From: an uncultured Candidatus Saccharibacteria bacterium | GTDB taxonomy: Bacteria > Patescibacteriota > Minisyncoccia > UBA6257 > 2-01-FULL-56-20 | DNA length: 64,000 bases | Direction of reading: 5' to 3' | NCBI GenBank assembly: GCA_964361595.1 | Contig: CAYIAX010000002.1 | Location: 7,722 to 71,721 of the forward strand | Shown here: piece after piece, positions 8,247 to 19,207 of the stretch | Layout of the letters: every line of letters starts with the position of its first letter | Position numbering within the stretch: position 1 is the stretch's first letter | Made by a program: the position numbers and the translations under genes | Notes under the pieces: model-generated | Databases searched by the model: none | What the model saw: the letters and a program-made list of their open reading frames with translations, nothing else | Told to the model about the DNA's origin: nothing

Positions 8247-8969
8247 ATGAAACGCGCGCGTCTGATTTTCGGGCTGTTGGGCCTGGTACTCGCGGGATTG
8301 ATGTTCGCACTCTGCATGTACTTGAATGCGAACATCAAATACGTCGCGACTTTTTTCGTTGGCGTTTTCTTCGCGTCGGCGGTCTTCCTTTTCGTCACAA
8401 CCCTCTTCCGGGTGGAGCGTGACGAAGAAACCGGCGAGCTTGTCTACAGCGCCAACAATCCAGCTTGGCGTCTGTACGAGAAGATCGACGGTGGCGAACC
8501 CAAAGTGTGCCAGATGTACTGGTGCACTTTCTTCCCGACATTAGTGGTCTTCGGCGTCGTTGATCTCGTGGTACTCTTCGTATTTGCCGTGTATTACTCT
8601 TGGCAATATCGCGATTGGAGTGTACTCGGCGAAGCAGGGGCATTCTTAGGAGCCGGGATTGCCTGCGTCGTGGTTCTGCTGGCCTGCGTTATCGGCGCCG
8701 CCGAATTGGTTTATCGCTATCCACGGCTGGCGACCCCTTACCGCATCCTGTTCGCCATCGCAATCGTCGGCGGTTCCGGCCTCGCGGGCTACCATCTCAC
8801 AGAGACGCAATTAGACTGGATCAGTCTCTGGTTCTGGATCGGCGGTAGCATGCTCGGGGTGATCACGGCCATTTACATGGTCACACGGGCGTTCCGGAGC
8901 AAGTTTTACCACGAACGGATCAAGCCCTACGCTTGCCCGCGACTCCGCGTGGCTTCGCCGAAAACCTGA
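8247..8969 (+). CDS. Multi-pass membrane protein, hypothetical
   Basis: Six or more hydrophobic helices. Confidence 0.45.
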   Translation: MKRARLIFGLLGLVLAGLMFALCMYLNANIKYVATFFVGVFFASAVFLFVTTLFRVERDEETGELVYSANNPAWRLYEKIDGGEPKVCQMYWCTFFPTLVVFGVVDLVVLFVFAVYYSWQYRDWSVLGEAGAFLGAGIACVVVLLACVIGAAELVYRYPRLATPYRILFAIAIVGGSGLAGYHLTETQLDWISLWFWIGGSMLGVITAIYMVTRAFRSKFYHERIKPYACPRLRVASPKT

Positions 8970-8991
8970 CTTCTAAACCAGATAAAGTTAT

Positions 8992-9438
8992 TTGCCCTGT
9001 TGCATATCGCGGCGGGGCTTTTTTGTTATAATACAAGCGAACATGCATTCCGTCTGGATCGCGCTCCACATTTTCGGCACCGTTATCGGCGCCGGTGCGG
9101 TTACCACGGCTTATGCCCGCGAACTGTATTTTAGGTCGCATCCGGAGGAAATCGCGAAGCGCGGTTCGTTGCCCGTAATTACGCCGCTCTTAAACATCGG
9201 CTTTGCGGTAATTATTCTCTCCGGCTTCGGGCTGTATTTGGCAAATCCAGCCGAGTTTAACGCCTCGACGGGATTTATAATTAAAATTGCGCTTGTGCTG
9301 GTCCTGCTTTTAAACCACGTTTTTTTAAATGCGTTTTTGCGCGCAAAACGAAGTGAACTAAAAACCCTGTCCGTCGTTTCGGATTACGTTTCACTCTTAG
9401 GCTGGTACGCGATTATCGCCGTCTCCGTCGCAATCTAA
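8992..9438 (+). CDS. Membrane protein, hypothetical. The true start is probably the internal Met (MHSVW..., about 9043).
   Basis: Hydrophobic helices. Confidence 0.4.
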   Translation: MPCCISRRGFFVIIQANMHSVWIALHIFGTVIGAGAVTTAYARELYFRSHPEEIAKRGSLPVITPLLNIGFAVIILSGFGLYLANPAEFNASTGFIIKIALVLVLLLNHVFLNAFLRAKRSELKTLSVVSDYVSLLGWYAIIAVSVAI

Positions 9439-9472
9439 TCAGGTTCCAGGTACCAGGGATCCAAGTGTCTGG

Positions 9473-9865
9473 TTAGACCGCCGGTTCCTTGCGCGTGGCA
9501 ATTAAGTACGCAGCGATAAGCCAAAGCACGACAAACGATCCTTCGAAGAGGACGCCGGTCGTGTCGAGCAAGCCGGTTTTACCGGTAAAGCCGGCGTAAA
9601 TCAGCGCCAAAGGCCCCAAAAAAGTCAGACTCATCCAAACAGCCAATCCTTTTTTCACGCCTTCGCTCACGGTCGCTCGCCGTATGACCCAGGCAAAAAG
9701 CAAAGCGCCATAGGCAAAGCTCAAAATATGATTATGTCCTGCGGCAACCAGACTCTTGATTTTGGGTGCGCCGTCGATCAGGTAGAATCCCAGGGCGCTG
9801 AAAATCACAATCACGAGCGCGGAGACGATGATTAAATATTTTTCCGATCCGGATAGCTTTCCCAT
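9473..9865 (-). CDS. Membrane protein, hypothetical
   Basis: Four predicted TM helices. Confidence 0.45.
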   Translation of the reverse strand: MGKLSGSEKYLIIVSALVIVIFSALGFYLIDGAPKIKSLVAAGHNHILSFAYGALLFAWVIRRATVSEGVKKGLAVWMSLTFLGPLALIYAGFTGKTGLLDTTGVLFEGSFVVLWLIAAYLIATRKEPAV

Positions 9866-10008
9866 ATTTATTTTTTAGACTCCGACCTTTCCCGTGTTCT
9901 CGCCCCAAAAAGCGAGGGAATAAAGTTCAAATCTTTTTCGTTCATATTATACCATATTTGATTTCTTGAGTTTGAAATGGGATAGTACTTATAGAAAGGA
10001 GACCCCCC

Positions 10009-10359
10009 GTGCTCTTTGCGGCAGTCTATGAACTGGTTGTAGGCAGTTGGCCCTTTGAGGCGGACGAGTACCCGGAACTAAAAGGTGCTACCCGGGAGAA
10101 AAAATTCGCTTTTGGCTTGAATCATGTGCTGAAGCACATGATGAAGTCCGTCGGCGCCATCGCCGCTCAACTCGAAGATGTGGACCATCTGCGAGTTTCG
10201 GAGGTCAACGTAGGCGCAGTTCGCGTGCTCGCGCGCAAGATGATCGTAAACGCGATCCGTCTGGCCGAACTCGTCGGTTACGAGCCCGACGCCATTGTCC
10301 GCGACATGCAGGACTGGGTCGCGGCCAAGCAAAACGGCCAAGTCGCCGATTCAAGCTGA
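10009..10359 (+). CDS. Hypothetical protein
   Basis: 116-aa ORF with a GTG start. No motif recognised. Confidence 0.3.
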   Translation: MLFAAVYELVVGSWPFEADEYPELKGATREKKFAFGLNHVLKHMMKSVGAIAAQLEDVDHLRVSEVNVGAVRVLARKMIVNAIRLAELVGYEPDAIVRDMQDWVAAKQNGQVADSS

Positions 10360-10411
10360 CGCCACGCGTCGGCTTTTTGATTTGGCTGGGCTTGACAAAC
10401 CGTGAAAGGGT

Positions 10412-11167
10412 GTGGATAAGCCCTTAATAATTTCCTCTATAATGAGACTAGGCAAAGGTCGATTAGAAGCATCGCTTCTAAGCGTTAAAATTGACCAAAA
10501 ATTGATGAACAAAAACATAATTGCTGCGTTAGTTGTGGGAATAATTATCGGCGGATTGGCTTTTTGGGCGTTCGGGTCTGGCAGTAAAGTGCAGTACACC
10601 ACTTCTGAAGCCGGCAGCGGCGCGCCTTCCGGCGCGCACTTCAACCTTAATCTGATCGGCGTGCCCAAAGATAAAACCGCGGATATGACGGGCAGCCAGG
10701 GACGCCGGATTTTCGTTCCGCTTCAGGGTTCCTGCCAAATCCAGTTGGCCCAGGGCGAGTTCCAGGTGCTCGACGCCAACTGCACGGACGGCACGGGACG
10801 ATTCCAATTGCCGAATCCCGATCCGGACAACGACGGGACTACGATTTATTCCGTTTTTGCCCGCGCTCTGGGTAAACCGGGAGGCAGTTCGGAAACCACG
10901 ACCTGCGCAACCGATCCTGCAACCGGCGATACTTACTGCTCGGTTTACTCGATGGTAATGGTTCGCAATAAGGGCAAGAGTTCGTTTGATAACGTCACGA
11001 AACAGCTGCTTTATATCTATGCCGACATTGACGGCGACGGCCAGCTGAACCGCGTGCCGCTCTTCGACTCTGCTCTCCAGGACTATTATTGGCAGTACGA
11101 CAACAACGGCCTGAAGCTCGTCCAGTTGCGGTTCTACGAAATTCCCACCACGGTTTCGGCCCAATAA
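10412..11167 (+). CDS. N-terminally anchored or secreted hypothetical protein. The start is probably at MNKNIIAALVV (about 10505).
   Basis: Single N-terminal TM helix, then a Gly/Asp/Thr-rich ectodomain. A terminator follows. Confidence 0.5.
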   Translation: MDKPLIISSIMRLGKGRLEASLLSVKIDQKLMNKNIIAALVVGIIIGGLAFWAFGSGSKVQYTTSEAGSGAPSGAHFNLNLIGVPKDKTADMTGSQGRRIFVPLQGSCQIQLAQGEFQVLDANCTDGTGRFQLPNPDPDNDGTTIYSVFARALGKPGGSSETTTCATDPATGDTYCSVYSMVMVRNKGKSSFDNVTKQLLYIYADIDGDGQLNRVPLFDSALQDYYWQYDNNGLKLVQLRFYEIPTTVSAQ

Positions 11168-11191
11168 GCTGGAACCTGCATGGAGCAGAAG

Positions 11192-11217
11192 TACGGCGCT
11201 TGGGCGCCGTATTTTTG
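11192..11217 (+). terminator. Rho-independent terminator (tacggcgc ttgg gcgccgta ttttt)
   Basis: 8-bp GC stem plus T5. Confidence 0.6.
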
Positions 11218-11219
11218 TT

Positions 11220-11879
11220 ATGATTAATTGTATGGCCACGGTTTTGGTTAAGGATTACCTGAATGCGAAAATTATCGCCGTCGATCCGGACGCGCCGCTC
11301 CTTAAGGCCATCGATATACTTTTGAAGAACGGTTTCGACGGTTTGCCTGTCGTAGACTCGCAGGGAAACGTGCTCGGCGCCTTGACCGATCGCGATCTTA
11401 CCTTCCAGGGCTCCGTGCATCTGCCGACGTTTTTGAAACTACTCCAGGAATTTCATGTTTACAGCAAGGATTTGAAAGCGGTGCGTCCAGATGTGGAAAA
11501 AATTTTGAACCTGCGCGTAAAGGACGCGATGAATTCGTCCGTGCCCGTTATTAAATCCGACGCCGCGCTAGAAGAAGCTTGGAAATTGTTCAACGCCAAC
11601 CCCGAACTGACTTTTTTGATCGGGGTTGACGACTTCGGCAAACTCGCAGGCGTTTTAGCGCGGCGCGATCTCATTAAGTTTTTCGGCTCGCCTTCGGTCG
11701 TGAAAAATATAGGGAACCACCAGGAACTCGAAAAAAACGTCGCCAAGTTTCTCAAGGATTTCGAAAGCCAGTTTATTTTGGTGAACCGCTTTCATACGCT
11801 GCATTGGGTTTTGGTCAGCATGCTCTTTACGCTCGTGGGCTTTCTTGTTGCTTTTGCGCTCATCGTACGGTTCCGTTAG
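11220..11879 (+). CDS. CBS-pair domain protein with a C-terminal TM helix
   Basis: Two CBS-like units (GLPVVDSQGNVLGALTDRDL and VPVIKSD...) followed by a hydrophobic C-terminus. Confidence 0.6.
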   Translation: MINCMATVLVKDYLNAKIIAVDPDAPLLKAIDILLKNGFDGLPVVDSQGNVLGALTDRDLTFQGSVHLPTFLKLLQEFHVYSKDLKAVRPDVEKILNLRVKDAMNSSVPVIKSDAALEEAWKLFNANPELTFLIGVDDFGKLAGVLARRDLIKFFGSPSVVKNIGNHQELEKNVAKFLKDFESQFILVNRFHTLHWVLVSMLFTLVGFLVAFALIVRFR

Positions 11880-12222
11880 GACGAAAAATAAAATCCTTCG
11901 ACTCGTCCGCAAATTTGCGGATTCGTTCAGGATGTTTTCGCTGCAGCGAAAACAAAAAAGGCGCCGGAGCGCCTAGCGGTGATGGATGATTACAAACGGC
12001 AGTAAACGATGCGCGTGGGGATGCGGATTCTCCGCTTTCCACGCCCGCGCTTCTGGAGGATTTCCTGGCGGCGCTCGTTGTTGCCGCTTTTCATGATAAA
12101 TTCGTGATTGCAGCGTTCTTTACAAGAACAGCCGCCGCCAACTACGGTCAACCGACCATTATTCACGAAAATCCCTCCGCAGAAAGTTGCTCATTTTTTT
12201 ATACTCCTTTCGGTGTGAGTGG

Positions 12223-12678
12223 TCAACTACCCGCCCGCCGTATCTCCCGCTCCGCCGCTTTGCTCTTCAGGAGCTCCCGCTTATCTTCTTTCTTCCGGCT
12301 GCGGCCTAAGCCAAGCTCAAGTTTGATCAGTCCTTTCTTCAGGTAAGCGGAAAGGGGGATAAGATGAAAGCGTTTATCGGTGAGCTTTCCCGACAAGTTT
12401 TTAATTTCCTCGCGCCGCAAGAGGAGCCGCCGACCCCGTTTTGGATCGTAAGCCTCGGAAATATTCTTCGGCTGGTAAGGAGGGATTTGTGCGTTTAAAA
12501 GCCACGCCTCGTTGCCGCGGATCAAAACATGCGTGCCGCTCAAATTTAGGCGTCCGGCTTTTACGCTCTTCACCTCATGTCCCAATAGTTCGATCCCAGC
12601 TTCGAGTGTTGCCAAAATTTCGTAATCAAAACAAGCGCGGCGGTTTTCAGATAGAAACTGCATAGTTGCATTATACAA
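12223..12678 (-). CDS. smpB: SsrA-binding protein SmpB
   Basis: ENRRACFDYEILATLEAGIELLGHEVKSVK is a canonical SmpB N-terminus. Confidence 0.85.
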   Translation of the reverse strand: MYNATMQFLSENRRACFDYEILATLEAGIELLGHEVKSVKAGRLNLSGTHVLIRGNEAWLLNAQIPPYQPKNISEAYDPKRGRRLLLRREEIKNLSGKLTDKRFHLIPLSAYLKKGLIKLELGLGRSRKKEDKRELLKSKAAEREIRRAGS

Positions 12679-12729
12679 TTGCTGTAGCCGCTTTGTCTCA
12701 CCGCTTTTTTTGCGGTAAGGTAGAGGGAC

Positions 12730-14322
12730 ATGAGAAAGAAAATAGAATCAGAACTGGCGAAGATTTTTAAGAGTAAAGATTATGATTGGAATATTACTGT
12801 GTCTGAAAAGCTAGATTTCGGGCATTTTGCGACGACTTTGCCGCTCCGATTGGCAAAAACTGAAAAGCGAGCTCCGCTTGAGGCCGCGGCGAAGTTAAAA
12901 GAAACGATCGCGCAGGAGCTTATGCCTGGATTATTCTCGCGCGTAGAATTCGCGCCGCCGGGATTTATCAATTTTTGGCTTGCACCCGGCGCATTGCAGA
13001 AGGAACTCTCTATTATAAATAAAGAAAAAGCAAAATACGGCAGGTCTGCGGCAAAAAAAGAAAAGATCCAGCTTGAGTATGTTTCCGCGAATCCCACCGG
13101 GCCTTTGACACTTGCGAACGGCCGCGGTGGATTTTTCGGCGATACGCTGGCAAACGCGCTCATCTCGCAGGGCTACAAAGTTGAGCGCGAGTATTATGTG
13201 AACGATACGGGTAATCAGATCGTGGTGTTGGGAAAATCCGTGCTCGCTGCGGCAGGCTTAATTCCCATCGAAGAAAATTTTTATAAAGCTGCTTATGTCG
13301 CGGGTTGGGCAAAAGCGCATAAAGCACTTATAAAAAAGCACATAGCAGATCCGCACGCCCTGGGACGATTGGCCGCCGCTGACTTTTTGAAGGACATCAA
13401 GCATGTGCTTGGCGCAAAAGCCGGAATCAAATTCGATCGCTGGACTTCGGAGTACGGCCACATCCACCAAAAAGGGTTAGTTGAAAAAGCTTTGGCTGCG
13501 CTTAAAAAAAGCGGGGAAGTCTATAAAGAGGAAGGTGCCGTTTGGCTGCGGACCACAAGCTTCGGCGACGATAAAGACCGGGTTTTGATTACAACAGATG
13601 GATTTCCTACATATCTTTTAGCCGACGCCGGACATTATTTGGAAACCAAAATGCGCGGTTTTGACCGGAAAATCAATATTTTAGGCCCGGATCATCACGG
13701 TTATGTAAAAAGGATCCAAGCCGCGGCGCAAATCCTTGGCCTAAAAAAATCCGAGGTGCTGGTTACGCAGGCGATTAGGCTTATCCGCCGCGGCGAAGAG
13801 GTAAAAATGTCCAAGCGGAAAGGCGAATTCATAGCATTTGAGGAATTAGTGGATGAGGTTGGCCTTGATGCCGCGCGTTTTTTCATGCTAATGGTGGCTT
13901 TAGACACCCATATGGATTTCGATCTGGAGCTTGCGAAGGAGCGCTCGTTGAAAAATCCCGTCTATTACGTCCAATACTCGTATGTGCGGGCAATGAGCAT
14001 CATCAAAAAAGCCCAGATTAAGGGCGGAGTAAAACCGCAAGAGTTCGTTTTACTCACCGGCCCGGATGCGATTGCCTTAATTTTCAAACTCACCCAGTTT
14101 CCGGATATTCTTGAGCGCGCGTCCCAGGATTTTGGCGTTCACCGGCTCACGCATTACGCGATCGAACTCTCTCGCGCCTTCCACGCTTTCTATGAACGGG
14201 AGCGGATCATCGGCGCGGAACCGAAACTGGCTCGCGCGCGCGGCGCTTTGGTTGCGGCGACCGCCGTAGTTTTAAAAAATCTTTTCGATCTCTTGGGAAT
14301 TTCCGCTCCGCAGAAAATGTGA
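12730..14322 (+). CDS. argS: Arginine--tRNA ligase
   Basis: Class I signature ANPTGPLTLANGRGG, KMSKRKG and DALRY-type C-terminus ...FHAFYERERI. Confidence 0.9.
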   Translation: MRKKIESELAKIFKSKDYDWNITVSEKLDFGHFATTLPLRLAKTEKRAPLEAAAKLKETIAQELMPGLFSRVEFAPPGFINFWLAPGALQKELSIINKEKAKYGRSAAKKEKIQLEYVSANPTGPLTLANGRGGFFGDTLANALISQGYKVEREYYVNDTGNQIVVLGKSVLAAAGLIPIEENFYKAAYVAGWAKAHKALIKKHIADPHALGRLAAADFLKDIKHVLGAKAGIKFDRWTSEYGHIHQKGLVEKALAALKKSGEVYKEEGAVWLRTTSFGDDKDRVLITTDGFPTYLLADAGHYLETKMRGFDRKINILGPDHHGYVKRIQAAAQILGLKKSEVLVTQAIRLIRRGEEVKMSKRKGEFIAFEELVDEVGLDAARFFMLMVALDTHMDFDLELAKERSLKNPVYYVQYSYVRAMSIIKKAQIKGGVKPQEFVLLTGPDAIALIFKLTQFPDILERASQDFGVHRLTHYAIELSRAFHAFYERERIIGAEPKLARARGALVAATAVVLKNLFDLLGISAPQKM

Positions 14323-17300
14323 TAGAGTTCTTGCTCATGCCCAAACAAAAACTAAAAAAGTTTTTTTCTGAAGGCTGGAATCTGCCCAAAATCGAGGAGA
14401 AAGTTTTGAATTTTTGGAAAGTGAACCGGATCTTCGATAAATCCCTTGCTAAAAACAAGAAAAAGTCCGCTGCCCAGACCAAGACTTTCGTCTTTTATGA
14501 AGGTCCGCCGACCGCGAACGGCCGGCCCGGCATCCACCACGTGATCGCGCGTTCCTTTAAAGACGTAATCCTGCGCTACAAAACGATGCGTGGTTATTAC
14601 GTGCCGCGAAAAGGCGGCTGGGATACGCACGGCTTGCCGGTGGAACTTGAAGTGGAGAAACAGCTTGGACTTAAGTCCAAGAAAGAAATTGAAGCTTATG
14701 GCGTGGCCGAATTCAACCGCAAGTGCAAGGAGTCTGTTTGGAAATACAAAGACGAGTGGGAGCGGCTTACCGAGCGCATGGGCTATTGGCTCGACATGAA
14801 GCATCCCTACATTACATATGAGACCGATTACATCGAGACGCTTTGGTGGGTAATTAAAACCATTTACGACAAAGGCTATATGTACGAGGGACATAAAGTG
14901 GTGCCGTGGTGTCCGCGCTGCGGGACCGCGCTTTCCTCACATGAACTTGCGCAAGGCTATGAAGAAGTTACGGATCAATCGGTTTACGTGAAGTTCAAAT
15001 TAAAACCTGGGCAGAAATGGGGAAAGGATTACGAGACGAAAGACAGAGCTTACATCCTGGCTTGGACGACCACGCCTTGGACTTTACCGGGTAACGTGGC
15101 TTTGGCGGTCGGCGAGAAGATAAAATACAGCGCCGTGCGCGTGGACGGAGTAAAAGAACTTTTGATACTTGCTACCAATACGGTGGAAAAAGTTTTAAAA
15201 GACCGCACTATCGAAGTGGTACACGAAAATATTTCCGGGAGCGAACTCGTCGGCTTGAAATACGAGCCCCTCTTTCAGGTCAAAGCTTTAAATGCGCCTG
15301 CGGCGCACCAAGTTTATACTGCGAATTTTGTTACCACCGAAGACGGTACGGGCGTAGTGCATACGGCTGTGATGTACGGTGAAGACGATTATCAGCTAGG
15401 TTTGAAAGTCGGTCTGCCCCAGCATCACACCGTGGACGAACAGGGGAAATTCACGAAAGAAGTCGAAGGATTGAGCGGCATGTTCGTTAAGGCCAAAGAA
15501 ACCGAAAAAAAGATTTTCGAGCATCTGGAAAAGAACGGCAATTTGCTTAAGATCGAATCTTACACGCACGAATATCCGCATTGCTGGCGCTGCGGCACAC
15601 CGCTTTTGTATTACGCCCGCAATTCCTGGTTTGTGGGGATGAACAAATTGCGCAAGGAACTTATCACTAATAATAAAGCGGTGAACTGGACACCTGCGCA
15701 CATAAAAGAAGGAAGGTTTGGCGAATGGCTGCGCGAAGCAAAGGATTGGAACTTCTCGCGCGAACGCTATTGGGGCACGCCTTTGCCGATCTGGCGTTGT
15801 GATCTCTGCGAGCACAAAGAAGCCTTGGGCAGCGTCTCGGAGCTTGGCCAGAAAACCGGCGGGCTTAAAAACACTTATTGGGTTTTGCGGCACGGCGAGT
15901 CAGCCACGCAGTTGAAACGCATACACGATAACGGCGAAGGCGGTTTCCATTTGACTCTGAAGGGAAGGACGCAAGTCGAACGCGCCGCGGCAGCGGTTAA
16001 AAAACTTAAATTGGACTTGATTGTCTCCTCGCCGGTGCTGCGGACAAAAGAAACGGCGGAAATCGTGGCGGCGGCAGCCGGAGTTAAAATCGAAACCGAG
16101 CCACAGTTCAAAGAAATCCAGCTGGGCGATGTTTCGGGCAAGCCTTCGGCGACTTATCATGAAGCCTTCCCGACTTATGAAAGTAAATTCAAGGGGGCGC
16201 CCGCGGGCGGGGAGACTTTGACCGAATTACGGAAACGCACGTGGGCGGGCATTGAAACTTTGGAGAAAAAATATGCAGGCAAAAAGATATTGATCGTAAG
16301 CCACGAATATCCGGTCTGGATGCTTGCGCAAGCGGTGGAAGGATGGGATGAATCTAAAGCGATTTATGAAAAAGAAAAGCGCGGCTCCGATTTTATCGCC
16401 GCGGGTGAAATTCAAAAGGTGAACTACCGTCCCGGCCCGCGCAATGAAACCGGCGAGCTGGATTTGCATCGTCCTTATATTGATTCCGTAAAGTACGCTT
16501 GCACCTCATGCGGCAAGGGCAAAATGGGCCGCATCAAAGAACTGGCGGATGTTTGGTTCGATTCCGGCGCAATGCCGTTTGCGCAAATGCATTTTCCTTT
16601 TGGGCAATCGGAAAAATCTTTGACCAGCAAAATCCCCGAACTTGTTAAAAAAATACCTTATCCGGCCGATTATATCGTCGAAGCGATGGATCAGACCCGC
16701 GGCTGGTTCTATACTCTTTTAGCGGTGGCAACGCTTTTGGGGCAAGGCGCGCCGTATAAAAATGTTACATCACTGGGCCTCATTCACGATAAATACGGGC
16801 GCAAGATGTCAAAATCCAAGGGCAATGTGGTTGATCCGTGGCTGATGATGGAAAAATACGGGATTGATGCGGTGCGCTGGTATTTTTATGCCGCAACTCC
16901 GCCGGGCGAACCCAAAAATTTCGACGAGGAAGATGTCAAAAAAACCTTCCGCAAGCTGCACGCTATCCTCTACAACTCATTCGTTTTCTTCAAGACTTAC
17001 GGCAAGCCCCGCAGCAACACGGCTGCGCCGCGGCCGAGCCATGTGCTTGATCGTTGGATTTTGGCGCTCCTCGCCAAAACCGGCGCGGAGGTTACACTCC
17101 ATCTTGACCGTTATGAAGTGCGCGAAGCCGCGCTTGCGCTCGAAGCCTTGACGGACGATCTTTCCCGCTGGTTTATCAGGCGTTCGCGCCGCCGCTTCCA
17201 GCGGCCGACAAATCAGGGCGATTATCGTAACGCTTCGGCTACGCTCGAATATGTTTTGCGCGAAACCGCAAAAATGATCGCCCCGATGAACCCGTTTTTT

Positions 17301-17906
17301 GCCGAAGCGCTTTGGGAAGATTTGAGCAAATCGGAATCGGTTCATCTTGAAACTTGGCCGGAATTGAAACCAAAATCTGCTGACGAGAAATTACTGGCCG
17401 GAATGGAAGAGGTTCGTAAAGTCGCAAGCGCGGCTTTGGCAAAACGCGCCGAGCTGGGAATCAAATTAAAGCAGCCTTTGGCTTCGCTTACGCTAAAAAA
17501 AGCCATTCCGCAGCTTGCGAAAGAAAAACAATTGGCTGAAGTTCTGAAAGAAGAATTAAATATCAAAGCCTTACATGTTGACCCCAGGCTTAAAGAAGAA
17601 CTTGTTTTCGATACGAAGATAACGCCGGAGTTGAAAGCCGAAGGAACCCTGCGCGAAATCATGCGCACGGTGCAGGATTTGCGGCAGGAGGCGGGCTATG
17701 AACCCAAGCACAAAATCGTGCTGATGTTCGAATTGCCCAATGCGTTGCGCGAGCTTGTGGCAAAAAATGAATGGTTATTGAAAAAGGAATTGAACGCCAA
17801 CCTCGTAGAGTTCAAGCGGCAGGCGAAATTCGATGCCGAACTTGAAACCAAGATCGAAAACGAAAAAGTTTGGTTCGGCGTGAGAAAGATAAAACAGTCT
17901 ATCTAA
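14319..17906 (+). CDS. ileS: Isoleucine--tRNA ligase (type 2-like) with a histidine-phosphatase (PGAM-like) domain inserted in-frame at about aa 515-705
   Basis: [13 protein letters not shown] (HIGH), [21 protein letters not shown] and KMSKSKG. The insertion carries RHGES and IVSHEYP phosphatase motifs. 1195 aa. Confidence 0.9.
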   Translation: MIEFLLMPKQKLKKFFSEGWNLPKIEEKVLNFWKVNRIFDKSLAKNKKKSAAQTKTFVFYEGPPTANGRPGIHHVIARSFKDVILRYKTMRGYYVPRKGGWDTHGLPVELEVEKQLGLKSKKEIEAYGVAEFNRKCKESVWKYKDEWERLTERMGYWLDMKHPYITYETDYIETLWWVIKTIYDKGYMYEGHKVVPWCPRCGTALSSHELAQGYEEVTDQSVYVKFKLKPGQKWGKDYETKDRAYILAWTTTPWTLPGNVALAVGEKIKYSAVRVDGVKELLILATNTVEKVLKDRTIEVVHENISGSELVGLKYEPLFQVKALNAPAAHQVYTANFVTTEDGTGVVHTAVMYGEDDYQLGLKVGLPQHHTVDEQGKFTKEVEGLSGMFVKAKETEKKIFEHLEKNGNLLKIESYTHEYPHCWRCGTPLLYYARNSWFVGMNKLRKELITNNKAVNWTPAHIKEGRFGEWLREAKDWNFSRERYWGTPLPIWRCDLCEHKEALGSVSELGQKTGGLKNTYWVLRHGESATQLKRIHDNGEGGFHLTLKGRTQVERAAAAVKKLKLDLIVSSPVLRTKETAEIVAAAAGVKIETEPQFKEIQLGDVSGKPSATYHEAFPTYESKFKGAPAGGETLTELRKRTWAGIETLEKKYAGKKILIVSHEYPVWMLAQAVEGWDESKAIYEKEKRGSDFIAAGEIQKVNYRPGPRNETGELDLHRPYIDSVKYACTSCGKGKMGRIKELADVWFDSGAMPFAQMHFPFGQSEKSLTSKIPELVKKIPYPADYIVEAMDQTRGWFYTLLAVATLLGQGAPYKNVTSLGLIHDKYGRKMSKSKGNVVDPWLMMEKYGIDAVRWYFYAATPPGEPKNFDEEDVKKTFRKLHAILYNSFVFFKTYGKPRSNTAAPRPSHVLDRWILALLAKTGAEVTLHLDRYEVREAALALEALTDDLSRWFIRRSRRRFQRPTNQGDYRNASATLEYVLRETAKMIAPMNPFFAEALWEDLSKSESVHLETWPELKPKSADEKLLAGMEEVRKVASAALAKRAELGIKLKQPLASLTLKKAIPQLAKEKQLAEVLKEELNIKALHVDPRLKEELVFDTKITPELKAEGTLREIMRTVQDLRQEAGYEPKHKIVLMFELPNALRELVAKNEWLLKKELNANLVEFKRQAKFDAELETKIENEKVWFGVRKIKQSI

Positions 17907-18885
17907 GTCCAACTTTCTTTTGAACTTCTATAATCTTCTTTTTGGCAATTAGGCCAGCTTTTTTTGAGCCTGCATCCAATATTTTTACAAGCGTAGCAGG
18001 TTTTTTTATAAGTTCCGCTTTCTTTTTGCGGAAGGAAGCGAAGTGATCGCTTATAAGCTCACCTAAAACCGCTTTGAATTCTGAATACCCCTTGCCGGCA
18101 AACATTTTCTCGAGCGCGGGAATATTTTTGCCCGAAACGGCGGAGTAGATTTCGAGCAGATTCGAAATCGCCGGTTTTGCCTCCGGATCATATTTTACCT
18201 CCGAGCCCGAATCCGTAACGGCGCGGGAAATCTTCTTTTTTATCTCTTCCGGTGAATCGTCAATAAAAAGACAGCCTTGAGGATCAGATTTGGACATTTT
18301 CTTCGCGGGATTTGCTAAGCTCATCACGCGCGGGGTTTTGGTAAGAATGGGCTGCGGCTCCACGAATGTTTTTCCGAAACGGGAATTAAATTTTCGCACA
18401 AGCGTGCGCGTGAGTTCCAGGTGCTGAAGCTGGTCATCGCCAACCGGCACAAATTTTGCGTCATAAAGAATAATATCGGCGGCCATAAGCGTGGGATAGG
18501 TGAGGAGGCCGACATTCGCGTTTTCTTTTTCTGCCTCGCTTTTTCCCTTGAACTGTGTCATACGGCGAAGCTCGCTAATTGGCGTGATCGTGTTTAAGAT
18601 CCAGGCGAGCTCGCTGTGCGCGGAAATTTGCGATTGGAGGAAAACAATAGATTGCTTGGGATTAAGACCGGCGGCCATGTATTCGGCCGCAAGCTCAAGA
18701 ATTTGCTTTGATTTTTCCTTAGGCTCGAAGGGTTCGGTCAAAGAATGCAAATCAACGATTAAAAAATAGCAATAATACTTTCCCGAATTTTGCAGCTCGA
18801 CAAAGTTTTTAAGCGCGCCCAAATAGTTTCCTATGTGCAATCTGCCGGTTGGTTGGATTCCGGATACTAAAACGGGTTTAGTCAC
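17899..18885 (-). CDS. trpS: Tryptophan--tRNA ligase
   Basis: [15 protein letters not shown] (HIGH-like) and KMSKSDP. Confidence 0.9.
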   Translation of the reverse strand: MTKPVLVSGIQPTGRLHIGNYLGALKNFVELQNSGKYYCYFLIVDLHSLTEPFEPKEKSKQILELAAEYMAAGLNPKQSIVFLQSQISAHSELAWILNTITPISELRRMTQFKGKSEAEKENANVGLLTYPTLMAADIILYDAKFVPVGDDQLQHLELTRTLVRKFNSRFGKTFVEPQPILTKTPRVMSLANPAKKMSKSDPQGCLFIDDSPEEIKKKISRAVTDSGSEVKYDPEAKPAISNLLEIYSAVSGKNIPALEKMFAGKGYSEFKAVLGELISDHFASFRKKKAELIKKPATLVKILDAGSKKAGLIAKKKIIEVQKKVGLR

Positions 18886-19205
18886 TGTTTTAATAAAAAT
18901 TCTTTTATTACTTTATTTAATCTAATGAGAGAATTATTCTGGAACATGCCCTTACGCACCGCGCCTTCTAATAGTTTTATTAAGTCACCTTCACGATACT
19001 CGGAAGCAAATTGGCCAAAGACCCTTCTGTTGTTCGGGGTATGAACATAATAACAGAATCTGAACCGCGGTCCGATATCGGTAACTCCCTTTTGAATCAT
19101 CTTTTCGGCGCGGTATCCCCTATGGTTAGGTTTGTTAACTGGACGTTCATTCACCACGACTTCCGATTTGATCTTAAATCGGAATCTACGTTGCATTCGT
19201 GGCAT
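18882..19205 (-). CDS. Small basic hypothetical protein
   Basis: 107-aa Arg/Lys-rich ORF co-oriented between trpS and rnj. Confidence 0.35.
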   Translation of the reverse strand: MPRMQRRFRFKIKSEVVVNERPVNKPNHRGYRAEKMIQKGVTDIGPRFRFCYYVHTPNNRRVFGQFASEYREGDLIKLLEGAVRKGMFQNNSLIRLNKVIKEFLLKQ

Positions 19206-19207
19206 TG

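Noticed and set aside
12010-12190. Small minus-strand ORF downstream of smpB (VNNGRLTVVGGGCSCKERCNHEFIMKSGNNERRQEILQKRGRGKRRIRIPTRIVYCRL)
   Set aside because: It is Cys-containing and basic and was considered as a ribosomal protein (bL31/bS21-like). It does not fit any family signature I can verify, and its start is ambiguous, so I left it uncalled.
14352-17668. Multiple antisense or alternative-frame ORFs inside ileS, argS, rnj, gpmI and the glycan genes (e.g. 14352-14894, 15396-15893, 16977-17345, 20138-20491)
   Set aside because: They are fully overlapped by long ORFs with strong homology and carry no motifs, so they are shadow ORFs.
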